NCBI RefSeq assembly: GCF_000143415.4
Contig: NW_003314295.1
Coordinates: 504,125-568,124 of the forward strand
Direction: 5' to 3'
Source of the DNA: Selaginella moellendorffii
Taxonomy: Eukaryota > Plantae > Lycopodiophyta
DNA: 64,000 nucleotides
The notes below the pieces were generated by a model. It had not been told where the DNA came from and made no database searches. It saw only the letters and a list, made by a program, of their open reading frames with translations. Shown in pieces: positions 11,455-22,533 of this stretch. Position numbers and translations under genes: made by a program. Positions within the stretch are counted from its first letter, which is position 1. The number at the start of each line of letters is the position of its first letter.

Positions 11455-12771
11455 ATGCCAAAGGATAAAAGTAGCAGCACTTTCTCAAATAAGTCTCATG
11501 ATTTGTTTTACAAGCCTTACTCGACAACGCGGGGGGCATCGCCCAAGCAGGAGGACACCGCCGAGTGGGAGGACGTGACTTGCCCGATATGCATGGAGTC
11601 ACCCCACAACGCAGTGCTCCTCCTGTGCTCCTCCTCGGACAAAGGCTGCCGCCCCTATATGTGCGATACCAGCTATCGCCACGCAAACTGTCTAGACCAG
11701 TACATCAAAGCTCACGCGAAAGCTCAGTCACCCAGCAACGCCAGCGTCAACACCTTCATCACCAGCGGCGGCGGCGGCGCATCTCTGAACTCACCGGCTG
11801 CTCGCTCCGCCGCCACCTCCGCCGCTAGAGGACCGACAGACATATCCGGACATATCGAGCTATACAAGGCTTGCAAAGGCTTGGAGCTCGTGTGCCCGCT
11901 GTGCCGGGGCAAAGTTAGCGGCTGGAAGGTGGTGGAGAGAGCCCGGCAGAAGCTCAACGTGAAGCGGCGGGGCTGCGCTCACGACTCGTGCGCGTACGTC
12001 GGGGCTTACGACCAGCTGCGCAAGCACGCCAGATATGTGCATCCTTACGCTCGCCCCTCGGAGGTTGATCCGGCTCGCCAGAGGGACTGGTGGCGGCTCG
12101 AGAGCCAGAGGGACTTGGGCGACGTTTTCAGCACCATCCAGTCGGCGATGCCGGGGGCGACCATCGTCGGGGACTACGTGATCGAGGATGGCGACGAGGA
12201 GGACGAGGAGCGGGACGAGGAGCACGAGCACGAGTTCGATCTGGAGCACGAGCACGAGGACGACGACGACGACGACGACGACGACCAGTTCCACGACAAC
12301 AACGCTGGCGTTGGCGGTGGTGGCAGTGGTGGCGGTGGTGGTGGTGGCGGCGGCGGCAGCGGTGCTAGCGGCTCGCCCGTCGCCGGTGTGGACCGCAACT
12401 TGTGGACGATGCTGTTTCTCTTCCGAGTCTTTGGGGGATCGTCGTCTTCGTCCTCTGCCGCTAGCAGCCGAGATCATCACACGAGCAGCAGCGGTGGGAG
12501 CAGCCACTCTCATCACCAGCAGCAGCAGCAGCATCGCGCTCACGGCGGCAGCAGCCGCCAGCAGCATTACCAGCCCCGTCACCGCCATCACCTCGGTGTG
12601 GCTCCGCCGCCCAGGAGCTACCGAGGAGCCACATCGCCATACTTTGCGCCCCGTGGTGGTGGAAGCTCCTCGAGCGGCAGCAGCCGCGCTGCGATAATGG
12701 ATCGCAATAGGACGACGACTTCGTCTTCGTCATCGGCGTCTAGAAATCGACGCCGGAGCCACCATCGCTGA
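11455..12771 (+). CDS. DUF1644 C2H2/RING-like zinc-finger protein
   Basis: WEDVTCPICMESPHNAVLLLCSS..GCRPYMCDTSYRHANCLDQY, LVCPLCRGKV.GW, LRKHAR..HP.ARPSEVDP; low-complexity acidic/Gly/Ser tail. Confidence 0.9.
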   Translation: MPKDKSSSTFSNKSHDLFYKPYSTTRGASPKQEDTAEWEDVTCPICMESPHNAVLLLCSSSDKGCRPYMCDTSYRHANCLDQYIKAHAKAQSPSNASVNTFITSGGGGASLNSPAARSAATSAARGPTDISGHIELYKACKGLELVCPLCRGKVSGWKVVERARQKLNVKRRGCAHDSCAYVGAYDQLRKHARYVHPYARPSEVDPARQRDWWRLESQRDLGDVFSTIQSAMPGATIVGDYVIEDGDEEDEERDEEHEHEFDLEHEHEDDDDDDDDDQFHDNNAGVGGGGSGGGGGGGGGGSGASGSPVAGVDRNLWTMLFLFRVFGGSSSSSSAASSRDHHTSSSGGSSHSHHQQQQQHRAHGGSSRQQHYQPRHRHHLGVAPPPRSYRGATSPYFAPRGGGSSSSGSSRAAIMDRNRTTTSSSSSASRNRRRSHHR

Positions 12772-12914
12772 GCAAAGACGAGAGCAAAGTTCTTATTTCT
12801 TCCTTTTTTCAAATCAAATAGCCCGCCCAAGGGTATATTCCACTTCTCTGCTTTTTTGAATTCAAATCACCCGCATATTCTATATCATTTTTAGGGTTCT
12901 TGGGGCTAGGGTTT

Positions 12915-15476
12915 ATGGCGACCGCGATCTCGTGGAGCGCGCATTCTCCGCCTCTCCCGCAATGCGGCGTCTCGATCGGAGTGTTTCGAACGTCCCGAGC
13001 AGGGACATCGGCTTCGGCGGCGGTGGCGCCGTCCTGTGCCACTGGTGCCGACGAGATTTTCAGCGTGCGCGGTGCCGAGGAGGCGTCCAAGCAGATCGAG
13101 ACGAGAGTCGCCAAGCTGGTGAGTGCCTTCTCGTCGCCGGGGGGGAAATCACAGGATCTGGAGGGCGTAGCGCTGTGTCCTCGTGTGGCGGGGCGTGTCC
13201 TAGAGAGGATGTCCGACCCAGATGCCGCGCTGCGCTTCTTCCACTGGGCGAGCAAGCAGCAGGGCTTCGATCACAACGTCTACACCTACAATCGCCTGTT
13301 TGAGGCGCTGCTGCGGGCTCGCCGGATCGATGAGACTTGCCACATCCTTAAGAACGGGTGGCCTCCCGGGATCACGCCCAACGTCTTCACGTATGCTGTG
13401 GTGATCCAGAGCCTGTGTAAGTCCGGGGATCTGGACAAGGCTTGCGAGCTCCTGGAGGAGATGAGAGAATCCGGGCCCGTCCCAGATGCCGCGATTTACA
13501 ACTTCGTCATCCATGCTCTCTGCAAGGCCAGGAACACCGCAAAGGCTCTCGACTACTTTAGAAGCATGGAATGTGAAAAGAATGTGATCACGTGGACCAT
13601 TATGATCGATGGCCTCTGCAAGGCAAATCGCCTACCCGAGGCCACCACCTATTTCGCGAAGATGAAGAAGAAAGGTACTGTGCCTAACGAGTGGACTTAC
13701 AATGTGCTGATCAATGGATTTTGCAAGGTACACAAGGTGCACAGAGCCTACTTGCTGCTCAAGGAGATGAAAGAGTCGGGGCTTGCTCCAAATGTGGTGA
13801 CTTACAGCACGGTTATCCATGGATTCTGCCGGCAGACAAAGGTTGACACGGCTTACAAGCTCTTCCGGCAAATGGTGGAGAACGGCTGCATGCCAAACCT
13901 TGTGACTTACAACACGCTGCTCTCGGGGCTGTGCCGCAATGGGCTCATGGACGAGGCTTATGAGCTCTTGGACGAGATGAGGGAACGGGGGCTCCAACCG
14001 GACAAGTTCAGCTATGACACCCTCATGGCTGGGCTTTGCAAGACTGGGAAGATCGATATGGCTTTGAAAGTCTTCGAGGATAACAGCAACGGTGATTGTC
14101 CTCCGGACGTTGTAGCTTACAGCACTCTCATCGCTGGGCTTTGCAAGACTGGAAGGCTTGACGAGGCTTGCAAGCTCTTTGAGAAAATGCGAGAGAACTC
14201 CTGCGAGCCTGACGTTGTCACTTTCACGGCACTCATGGATGGACTGTGCAAAGGGGACCGTTTGCAAGAGGCGCAACAGGTTTTGGAGACGATGGAGGAC
14301 CGGAACTGCACTCCCAACGTGATCACTTACAGCAGCCTGATCGACGGGCTTTGCAAGACTGGCCAGGTGCGAGACGCTCAAGAGGTTTTCAAGAGAATGA
14401 TAGTCCGGGGCATTGAGCCAAACGTGGTGACTTACAACAGCTTGATCCATGGCTTTTGCATGACCAACGGGGTAGACTCCGCACTTTTGCTGATGGAAGA
14501 GATGACAGCAACAGGGTGCCTTCCGGATATCATCACCTACAACACACTTATTGACGGACTTTGCAAGACGGGAAGGGCGCCGGAAGCGAACAGGCTGTTT
14601 GGAGACATGAAGGCCAAGTTTTGCAACCCGGATGTTATCACGTACAGCTGCTTGATCGGCGGGTTTTGTAAGCTGGAGAGGATCGACATGGCTCGCACGT
14701 TGTTCGACGACATGCTCAAGCAGGCAGTCCTCCCCGATGTCGTCACTTTCTCGACACTAGTGGAAGGATACTGTAATGCTGGACTGGTGGATGATGCCGA
14801 GAGGCTTCTGGAAGAGATGGTTGCCAGTGACTGCTCTCCGGACGTGTATACTTACACAAGCCTGGTCGACGGCTTCTGCAAAGTCGGAAGAATGGTGGAG
14901 GCGCGCAGAGTTCTCAAGCGAATGGCCAAGCGGGGATGCCAGCCCAACGTGGTGACTTACACCGCTCTCATTGACGCGTTCTGCAGAGCTGGGAAGCCGA
15001 CAGTGGCTTACAAGCTGTTGGAGGAGATGGTTGGCAACGGCGTCCAGCCGAACGTTATCACGTACAGGAGCTTGATCGGTGGCTTCTGTGGGACTGGGGA
15101 CCTGGAAGAGGCTCGCAAGATGCTCGAGAGACTGGAGCGCGACGAGAACTGCAAGGCGGATATGTTCGCGTACCGGGTGATGATGGACGGGCTGTGTAGA
15201 ACAGGGAGAATGAGCGCAGCTCTGGAGCTTCTCGAGGCCATCAAGCAGAGTGGCACGCCTCCTCGCCACGATATCTATGTGGCGTTGATCAGGGGGCTGT
15301 GCCAGGGGAAAGAGCTCGGCAAAGCCATGGAAGTTTTGGAAGAGATGACGCTCTCGAGGAAAAGCAGGCCAAATGCCGAGGCTTACGAGGCGGTGATCCA
15401 GGAGCTAGCGAGAGAAGGGAGGCACGAAGAGGCAAACGCGCTCGCAGACGAATTACTTGGTAACAAAGGCCAGTAA
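12915..15476 (+). CDS. P-class pentatricopeptide repeat protein (intact, block copy 1)
   Basis: Long run of 35-aa repeats (P[ND]VVTYNxLIDGLCKxG); Ser/Ala-rich N-terminus like a transit peptide; ATG at 12915. Confidence 0.93.
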   Translation: MATAISWSAHSPPLPQCGVSIGVFRTSRAGTSASAAVAPSCATGADEIFSVRGAEEASKQIETRVAKLVSAFSSPGGKSQDLEGVALCPRVAGRVLERMSDPDAALRFFHWASKQQGFDHNVYTYNRLFEALLRARRIDETCHILKNGWPPGITPNVFTYAVVIQSLCKSGDLDKACELLEEMRESGPVPDAAIYNFVIHALCKARNTAKALDYFRSMECEKNVITWTIMIDGLCKANRLPEATTYFAKMKKKGTVPNEWTYNVLINGFCKVHKVHRAYLLLKEMKESGLAPNVVTYSTVIHGFCRQTKVDTAYKLFRQMVENGCMPNLVTYNTLLSGLCRNGLMDEAYELLDEMRERGLQPDKFSYDTLMAGLCKTGKIDMALKVFEDNSNGDCPPDVVAYSTLIAGLCKTGRLDEACKLFEKMRENSCEPDVVTFTALMDGLCKGDRLQEAQQVLETMEDRNCTPNVITYSSLIDGLCKTGQVRDAQEVFKRMIVRGIEPNVVTYNSLIHGFCMTNGVDSALLLMEEMTATGCLPDIITYNTLIDGLCKTGRAPEANRLFGDMKAKFCNPDVITYSCLIGGFCKLERIDMARTLFDDMLKQAVLPDVVTFSTLVEGYCNAGLVDDAERLLEEMVASDCSPDVYTYTSLVDGFCKVGRMVEARRVLKRMAKRGCQPNVVTYTALIDAFCRAGKPTVAYKLLEEMVGNGVQPNVITYRSLIGGFCGTGDLEEARKMLERLERDENCKADMFAYRVMMDGLCRTGRMSAALELLEAIKQSGTPPRHDIYVALIRGLCQGKELGKAMEVLEEMTLSRKSRPNAEAYEAVIQELAREGRHEEANALADELLGNKGQ

Positions 15477-16108
15477 AGAGAGATTGTAATCACAAATCCT
15501 GAATATTGTGTGAATACTATAGATGTTCTCCTGGTATGTTTCCTAAGGCTTTTGCAGAAATCAACAACAGTGGCCTTAAAACTTATGTTCCATACCACTC
15601 ATTTGCTAGCGATAAGTCAAAGCCTATATATCCATCGTGTCATAACAGAATGTCATTTACTTTTTCAACCCGTGAGAATTGTAGATCTCGTTAGCAAAAA
15701 TTATTCACAAGACCCTAGATCACATCCATAATAGATGGATCACCAGCATCACTTTTTCACCTCATTGTTAACTTTCAATTTTTCCGTAATGATTCCTTTG
15801 AAAGTGATAAAAATGATTTCATTATTCTCAATTGTAAATCATAAATTTTTCTTTTTCACTTTGTCTTGGTTTTAGTTATGTTCCAATTTTTTCTTAGCCT
15901 TATGTATATTCATTTACATACTACACGAACAACCAAAGGTTCCCACTTATTGTACTAATTCATTCTTCGCCTTATGTAGATTCAACTACGTGCTACATGA
16001 ATAACACGAGCAACACAAGCAAGAGAACAACCATTCAACTGTTCAGTTTCTATTTTTATTTATAAAGCCCTCTTTCACAGTTTAAAGTTCACATAAGACT
16101 CTTCTTTC

Positions 16109-17155
16109 ATGGCTGTTTCATCCATTGTGAGCATTTTTGCAGCGGAGAAAAGCTATTCCATTCCACCAGTGTGTAAACTCCTTGCCTCTCCAGTGCTGAA
16201 TCCTCTGTACGATGCAAAGGCCGAGTCTCAGATCAATGCGTGGTGCGCCGAGTTTCTGAAGTTGCAACCTGGAAGCGAGAAAGCTGTCTTTGTTCAAGAA
16301 AGCAGGCTTGGATTGCTCCCGGCTTATGGTTACCCCAGCATTCCATACGAGAAGATTGTTCCGGTTGCAAAGTTCTTCGCTTGGTACTTTCATGCAGATG
16401 ACATTCTGGATAGCCCGGAGATCTCCTCGTCGGACATGAGGAATGTGGCAACTGCATACAAGATGGTTTTAAAGGGAAAATTCGACGAGGCCACGCTTCC
16501 AGTGAAAAATCCGGAGCTGCTGAGGCAAATGAAGATGTTATCTGAGGTCTTGGAAGAATTGTCCCTCCATGTAGTGGATGAATCAGGCCGATTCGTGGAT
16601 GCTCTGACCAAGGTGATCGACATGTTTGAGATTGAATCGAGCTGGCTTCGCAAGCAAATCATTCCCAACTTGGATACATACCTCTGGCTGAGAGAGATCA
16701 CATCTGGTGTGGCTCCTTGCTTTGCTCTGATTGATGGTTTGCTGCAACTTAGGCTGGAGGAGCGTGGCGTGCTGGATCATCCTCTCATACGCAAGGTTGA
16801 GGAGATTGGGACGCACCACATTGCGCTCCACAATGACATGATCTCGTTCAGGAAGGAGTGGGCGAAAGGATACTACCTCAACGCCGTGCCCATTCTCGCC
16901 AGCAATTGTAAGTGTGGCTTGAACGAGGCAATTGGCAAGGTTGCGAGCATGGTGGAGGATTTGGAGAAGGATTTCGCCCAGACAAAGCATGAGATCGTTT
17001 CAAGTGGGCTTGCCATGAAGCAAGGAGTCATGGACTATGTGGACGGGATAGAGGTGTGGATGGCCGGAAGCGTAGAATGGGCATGGACGAGCGCTAGATA
17101 CCATGGAATTGGGTGGATCCCTCCTCCAGAAAAATCAGCGACCTTCCAACTCTAG
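16109..17155 (+). CDS. MTPSL: microbial terpene synthase-like protein, copy 1
   Basis: 348 aa, intronless, alpha-domain only; DDILD (DDxxD), effector Arg in WLREITSG, NDMISFRKE (NSE/DTE), WTSARY; TATA-like TATAAAG at ~16061. Confidence 0.93.
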   Translation: MAVSSIVSIFAAEKSYSIPPVCKLLASPVLNPLYDAKAESQINAWCAEFLKLQPGSEKAVFVQESRLGLLPAYGYPSIPYEKIVPVAKFFAWYFHADDILDSPEISSSDMRNVATAYKMVLKGKFDEATLPVKNPELLRQMKMLSEVLEELSLHVVDESGRFVDALTKVIDMFEIESSWLRKQIIPNLDTYLWLREITSGVAPCFALIDGLLQLRLEERGVLDHPLIRKVEEIGTHHIALHNDMISFRKEWAKGYYLNAVPILASNCKCGLNEAIGKVASMVEDLEKDFAQTKHEIVSSGLAMKQGVMDYVDGIEVWMAGSVEWAWTSARYHGIGWIPPPEKSATFQL

Positions 17156-17189
17156 ATTGTTGCTCAAATAGTAAATAATAATTTCTCTC

Positions 17190-18689
17190 ATGGAGTGTTT
17201 TAGAAATTCATATCTAAGCAGTGTTTTCGTCCTGAACAAGCAAATTGAAATGCACGGTAGATGTGGTAACATCAAGCACGCAGCTCAGATCTTCCATGCT
17301 ATGGCCAAGAGGGACAAGTTCAGCTGGGATCTTTTGCTGGTTGCCTACTGCAAAAACGGGCACTTTGATGAAGCGCGAAGGTTCTTCAGCTGCATGCCGT
17401 GCTGGAGCCTTGTGTCATTTACTACTATGATTTCTGTTGCCTCCCAGAGAGGCCAAATGCAAGAAATACAATCCGTTACAAACTTGATGCCAGAGCACGA
17501 TCTTTTCTCTGTAAACGCGGTGCTTTTTGCATTTGCCGAAAATGGGCATCTTGATTTTGCCAAGGTAGTCTTTAGCAAAATGCCTGCTCGCAACTTGGTG
17601 TCGTGGACGACGATGCTGGGGGCTTTATCTCAGCTCGCGGATGTGGAAAGCACTTTTGAAGAGATGCCGGAGCACGATGTCGTCTCGTGCACTTGCGCAA
17701 TTGCAGCATTCTCCCGTCACGGGCATCTGGAGTCTTCTCTGGAGCTCTTCCACGCCATGCGTGTGAGGAATCTCTCGACTTGCACGGCAATCCTCTCCGG
17801 CTACGTCCACTGCGGCCTCCTGAAAGAGTCTGAGCGCTTCTTTCACGATCAGATGCCACAGCACGATCTTGTCTCCGTCACAACGCTGCTCGTCGCCTAC
17901 ACCCAAAGCCAACGCCTTGAGGAAGCCAGCTGCCTCTTTGATTCTCTTCCGTACGTAGATGCCGTGTGTTGGAACGCCATAGCCACGGGATTTTCCCAGT
18001 GCGGCCTCCTGGACGAAACCACGAAAATCCTCGACAAAATGCCGGCATGGAATCTTGCAACCTGGAACACGCTGCTAACATCACACTCCTTGCAAGGGAA
18101 TCTTACCGGGGCTATAAGAGTCTTTCACGAAATGCCAGACAAGAACTTGGTGTCGTGGAACGCCATGCTCTCGGCATATGCCCAAAACGGGCATCTTTCT
18201 CTTGCAAGGAAGGTGTTCCAAACGATGCCCTTGCGCAGCGTTGAATCCTTCAGTGCAATGCTGACCGCATATGCCCAAGCCGGCAGCCCCAGCGACGTGT
18301 TTGATTCCTTCGAAGAGATGAAGCTAGTGGAGATGCCCGACGATTCCTGCTTCACTTTGGTGCTGATTGCGAGCAGTCAAGTTGGCGAGCCCAAAGTCGG
18401 CGGCTCCTACTTCAGCTCCATGCGTCTGGATTACGGGGTGGTGGCGAGGAAGCAACACTACTGCTGCATCGTGGACATGCTGGGGCGAGCGGGATACCTG
18501 GATGCGGCGGAAGAGCTTGCGCAAACCATGCCTTTTCTTCCCAACTCGTGGGACTGGACGTCCATGCTAAGTTCTTCCAGACGCGATAGAATCTGGAAAA
18601 ACGGTGCTCGAGTGACGAAACGAGCTTTGCTTTCGGGCCCCAGCGATGGAGCTGCTCTTGTGCTGCTCGCAAACTCACGCTCCTCTTGA
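17190..18689 (+). CDS. PLS-class PPR protein (intact, block copy 1)
   Basis: 499-aa ORF of S-type repeats ending HYCCIVDMLGRAGYLDAAEELAQTMP; no DYW. Confidence 0.85.
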   Translation: MECFRNSYLSSVFVLNKQIEMHGRCGNIKHAAQIFHAMAKRDKFSWDLLLVAYCKNGHFDEARRFFSCMPCWSLVSFTTMISVASQRGQMQEIQSVTNLMPEHDLFSVNAVLFAFAENGHLDFAKVVFSKMPARNLVSWTTMLGALSQLADVESTFEEMPEHDVVSCTCAIAAFSRHGHLESSLELFHAMRVRNLSTCTAILSGYVHCGLLKESERFFHDQMPQHDLVSVTTLLVAYTQSQRLEEASCLFDSLPYVDAVCWNAIATGFSQCGLLDETTKILDKMPAWNLATWNTLLTSHSLQGNLTGAIRVFHEMPDKNLVSWNAMLSAYAQNGHLSLARKVFQTMPLRSVESFSAMLTAYAQAGSPSDVFDSFEEMKLVEMPDDSCFTLVLIASSQVGEPKVGGSYFSSMRLDYGVVARKQHYCCIVDMLGRAGYLDAAEELAQTMPFLPNSWDWTSMLSSSRRDRIWKNGARVTKRALLSGPSDGAALVLLANSRSS

Positions 18690-18749
18690 TTCTTACTACT
18701 TTTCCGAAACTTTACCTTTATAGAATGGGTTATCGAATTTGGGCTCATA

Positions 18750-19598
18750 ATGGAGCAAGAAGCTCAATCGTTCTTCGATTCGGCCCCGCCTCTCCGATGG
18801 ACGATGTGGTCGCGAGCGTGAATCGCTTCTTGGATATCTGGAAGGCGGCATCGGCCATCGGCCAAGGTTTATCCTTACTAGCATTTCTCATATTTTGGAG
18901 CCGAATCGCGTGATTCTAGAGGAGGCGCATTGCCGTTGTTACATCCGGGGGCACGACCGTGCCCTTGGAGCGACGATGCGTTAGGGTCATTGACAATTTC
19001 AGCTCGGGGAGTCGATCGGGAGTCGATGAGCAGCCTCCACAGAGTGCGTTATTCTTTTCTACTCATTCTTCTTTTATGATTTTTCTTTTTTTTTTTTTTT
19101 TTGCAAGGTACTTTTGGCTGCATGCAAGAATGTCTCGAGCCTGTGGATGGATCAATCCGGGGTAAGTGAAATCTGCCATTTATTTCTTCGAGAGTTTAAC
19201 TCCTGCTTCGCAGTACGAGAAAAATGGTTTGATGTTGTGACTCGGGCAGTCACAGGACATCATTCTGTAAGCTCAGTTCTTGTTTCTCTTTTTGAGTTCT
19301 TAAGAATCAAAACAGGCGGTGCTCCAGAAGAAGCTGTTGAAGCTCGAGTTCACTACGCTCTTCGAGTACCTCCAAGTAAGAAATGTGCCGCGCAAACACT
19401 GGTTTCTATGACGGTTTTTCGTGGCAGATTTTAGAGATTGTTGGAGCTGCCATGAAACCAGTTGGCAGGCATGCTATGTTTTACTTTGCAGCGGCTGTCT
19501 CTGACTTCTACATCCCTTGGAACTCCATGGTAAGAACTTCTCGTCTTCTCTTGTTTTGTTTTCGGTGGAAATCTCAAAAATAATCTTCTCTAAGATCC
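18750..19598 (+). pseudogene. PPCS: phosphopantothenate-cysteine ligase pseudogene (copy 1)
   Basis: Near-identical to 25484-26877 but with a 4-bp deletion in exon 1, a duplicated GGGAGTCGAT, loss of most of exon 3/start of exon 4, and truncation by a repeat at exon 8. Confidence 0.85.
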
Positions 19599-21710
19599 TG
19601 TCAAAACTATCTCACCGAAAAATTAAATGTTTAAAGTGTCAGATATATTTAGGTTAAATATATTCAGGGAAGAAGCTCAAAGCAATCATTTCCTTAAATG
19701 AACGAAACCATTTTTAGGGTTGGCAGTCCAGGAGGAGCGTGGGGTTTTGATAAATTTATATGGAATAATATACTCTAGGAAAACTAGTGTTGATTATACT
19801 TATATAGTGGGTGATAATATAAGAATTAGAGAGTCTAAAGTTAGAGTAAATATTGATGGATAAATAGAGTAAATTAGTGAAGTATTTAAGAGCTAACTTT
19901 AATTCTAACCTGTCAGAAAGATTTACTTATAAGCTTTTTCTAAATTCCTTGTATGTGAGTTTTAATCCAAGATCAAACAATATATAAAGCTTTTCACTTG
20001 GGTTCTTTTATTTAGAGTGTAAAAAAAGTTTAAAGCATTCTTATGCATTTCTAAGTAATGCAGATAAATCTTAGATAAAGCTTTTCAATGAACTCTAAAA
20101 CAAAATTTTAGGAATTAGCAGTTACAAAATCTTTATATTTTTTTATTCAGATATGTGTTTGTTAGTTTTAATGAGTGTTTTGAGAGTATTTGAGTGAGAT
20201 TTTTAAATTTACTTTTTTACAAGATTGTTATAAATGTTTTTAGAGTTTGGTTTCATGATTTTTAGAGTAGTGTACAAAAAGTTTAAAAGTTTTTTTTAAA
20301 TCTTTTTGTTAGTTTATGCTTATAAGGAATTTTTAAAAGTTTGAGAGATTTTTCTTATATATTTATCCCTTGTATCATCTTATCGTTTAGTTTAGTGCCC
20401 TTGAGTATATATAGCTATTTGATGTCTCATGTATAATCATCTCTTTTGATTGAGAAACTTTTACTTGAATGGAGAACAACATCTAATATATAGTAAGTGT
20501 ATAAGAGGTTATAAAGTGTTATAAAAAGTGATTTTAAAATCCTTGAGTGTTTAGCAAGCATAAAACCTTGTGATTGAGCTCTCCAAGCTCTAGACTAACA
20601 TCATAGTATATACATAGTTTTTGTATTTGGCGCATTTTAGAAGTTTAATGTCTATTCATATGCATTAGTCAAGTGTTGTTGCTATATAAACTCCTCTTTG
20701 GACACATATAACTTAAAGGAATTCTTAAGGTTTATATGCTAGTAATTATTAGACAATGTTGTTGGTAAATGAGTCTTCATCATTTATAATAGATTCCAAA
20801 GAAGAGCACAATTAAAACATTACACCAATGGTGGCAACTATTCATATCCTTTATAGGGCAATGGACTTCCCAAAGTTCTATCTTGGATCAAGTATTTTGG
20901 CTTACAATCATATTAATCAATTTCAAACTTACTTAAGATACAACAAAATCACCAAAGATGCTTTGTCCCAAGAATTATTCTTGAGATCCTTAAAAACAAT
21001 AGTAGTAGATTGGGCATCTTTCTTGCTTCCAAATGAATGATGGTCATTGTCTACAATGATTGACAAATTTCTCAAACAATTTAGAATGGAGAAAACTAAC
21101 TAACAACTCTACATAAACTGTTTTAAGTTTGGCAAATGCTGCAAAAGAATATCAATAACTACACTATCCAATTTAAAAAGTATTAGTGTGCATGTTTGCT
21201 ATAGACAGATGAGAAGCCCATGGTGTCAGCATTCATCCAAAACTCAAGCTTGAAGTGCAACACAAAGTCCTCAAGTGCCAACATGAAACTTGCAAACTAA
21301 CATTTAGCTATGCATTAAAGGACATGCTCTTTGAGCTTGGCATGCACCATGACATCCACTCTTAACCAGGCTTCCAGGCCCAAATGTGTGCCATTCCCAA
21401 TCTACCACATGTTGTTAAAGACAAGATGCCCACAGTGATTGAGTTGGTGCTTAATGAGCTTAAAGAGCATTGAGCATTTGTGCAACAGTAGACTCAATAG
21501 CAAGAGAAGCTTGTGGAGGAGCTACAATCTCTTAGGATGTAGACTGAAACTCGGTGGCATCATTACTGGTGCAAGAAATATAACGTTGATACACACAACA
21601 TTGCAAGATGTTGGAACTCCATCTAGAACTTTGGCTTTAGTGACCACAGTGAGTCCAATGACAACCACTTGCAAACAACACAACCCTAGCTTCGTCCTCC
21701 ATAGATTATC
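19599..21710 (+). mobile_element. decayed LTR retrotransposon 5' remnant ('R': LTR-like start plus gag)
   Basis: Starts TGTCAAAACTATC; AT-rich; broken gag-like frame (FPKFYLGSSILAYNHINQFQTYLRY..ELFLRSLK..DW). Homologous copies lie at 30258+, 39455-41478 (inverted) and 44980-46430. Confidence 0.7.
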
Positions 21711-22345
21711 ATGAGAATGACAGTCTGGGGCATTGAGCCAAACATGGTGACTTACAACAGCTTGATCCATGGCTTATGCATGACCAACGGGGTAGACTCC
21801 ACACTTTTGCTGATGGAAGAGATGACAGCAACAGGGTGCCTTCCGGATATCAACACCTACAACACACTTATTGATGGCCTTTGCAAGACAGGAAGGGTGC
21901 CAGAAGCGAACAGGCTGTTTGGAGAAATGAAGGCCAAGTTTTGCAACCCAGATGTTATCACGTACAGCTGCTTGATTGGTGGGTTTTGTAAGCTAGATAG
22001 GATCAACATGGCTTGCACGTTGTTCGATGACATGCTCAAGCAGGCAGCCCTCCCCGACGTCGTCACATTCCCGACACTAGTGGAAGGATACTGTAATGCT
22101 GGACTGGTGGATGACGCCGAGAGGCTTCTGGAAGAGATGGTTGCTAGTGACTGCTCTCCAGACGTGTATACGTACACAAGCCTGGTCGACGACTTCTGCA
22201 AAGTCAAAAGAATGGTGGAGGCGCACAGAGTTCTCAAGCGAATGGCCAAGGGGGGGTGTACAGGAGCTTGACCGGTGGCTTCTGTGGGACTGGGGACCTG
22301 GAAGAGGCTCACAAGATGCTCGAGAGACTGGAGCACAACGAGAAC

Positions 22346-22533
22346 CGTTGGAAAATGGATCTGCCAATCCATGCCTACCACAGGCCATCCAACCATAGCT
22401 CCGATACCATATTGGAAAATATGGTCTACTAGACAGGCCAGGGATTAAACCCAAGACCTCCTACACTAGTGCCAGGTGCTCTACCACTGAGCTACCTGCC
22501 CTGGTTGTGTGCATGTTCAGCTTAGTTCTAACA
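22346..22533 (-). mobile_element. non-autonomous LTR mini-element (TRIM) with tRNA-like LTR, internally deleted
   Basis: Absent from PPR copy 1; 5-bp TSD AGAAC (22341-45, 22534-38); 124-bp LTR TGTTAG..TTTTCCAATA (22533-22410); PBS TGGTATCGGAGC (22409-22398); terminal ATTTTCCAACG left from the second LTR. Confidence 0.85.
22430..22501 (-). pseudogene. 72-nt tRNA-like cloverleaf inside the TRIM LTR
   Basis: GGGCAGG-TA-GCTC-AGTGGTA-GAGC-A-CCTGG-CACTAGT-GTAGG-AGGTC-TTGGG-TTTAATC-CCTGG-CCTGTCT-A: canonical spacing, intact A-box, degenerate B-box and stems. Confidence 0.75.

Noticed and set aside
735-15600. Many long antisense/alternate-frame ORFs (e.g. 9858..10712, 11860..12591, 13632..14450)
   Set aside because: Shadow ORFs of GC-rich or repetitive coding sequence with no domains.
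16109-17155. Bacterial or fungal contamination
   Set aside because: The MTPSL genes are contiguous with, and co-duplicated with, plant PPR and intron-containing genes.
19599-21710. Helitron capture of the gene block (TC-like start)
   Set aside because: The start is TG-TCAAAAC followed by gag-like sequence; no 3' hairpin-CTRR end was found.
22430-22501. Functional amber-suppressor tRNA (CTA at the anticodon position)
   Set aside because: G-G mismatch in the anticodon stem, no U33, mutated T-loop, and it lies inside a mobile-element LTR.
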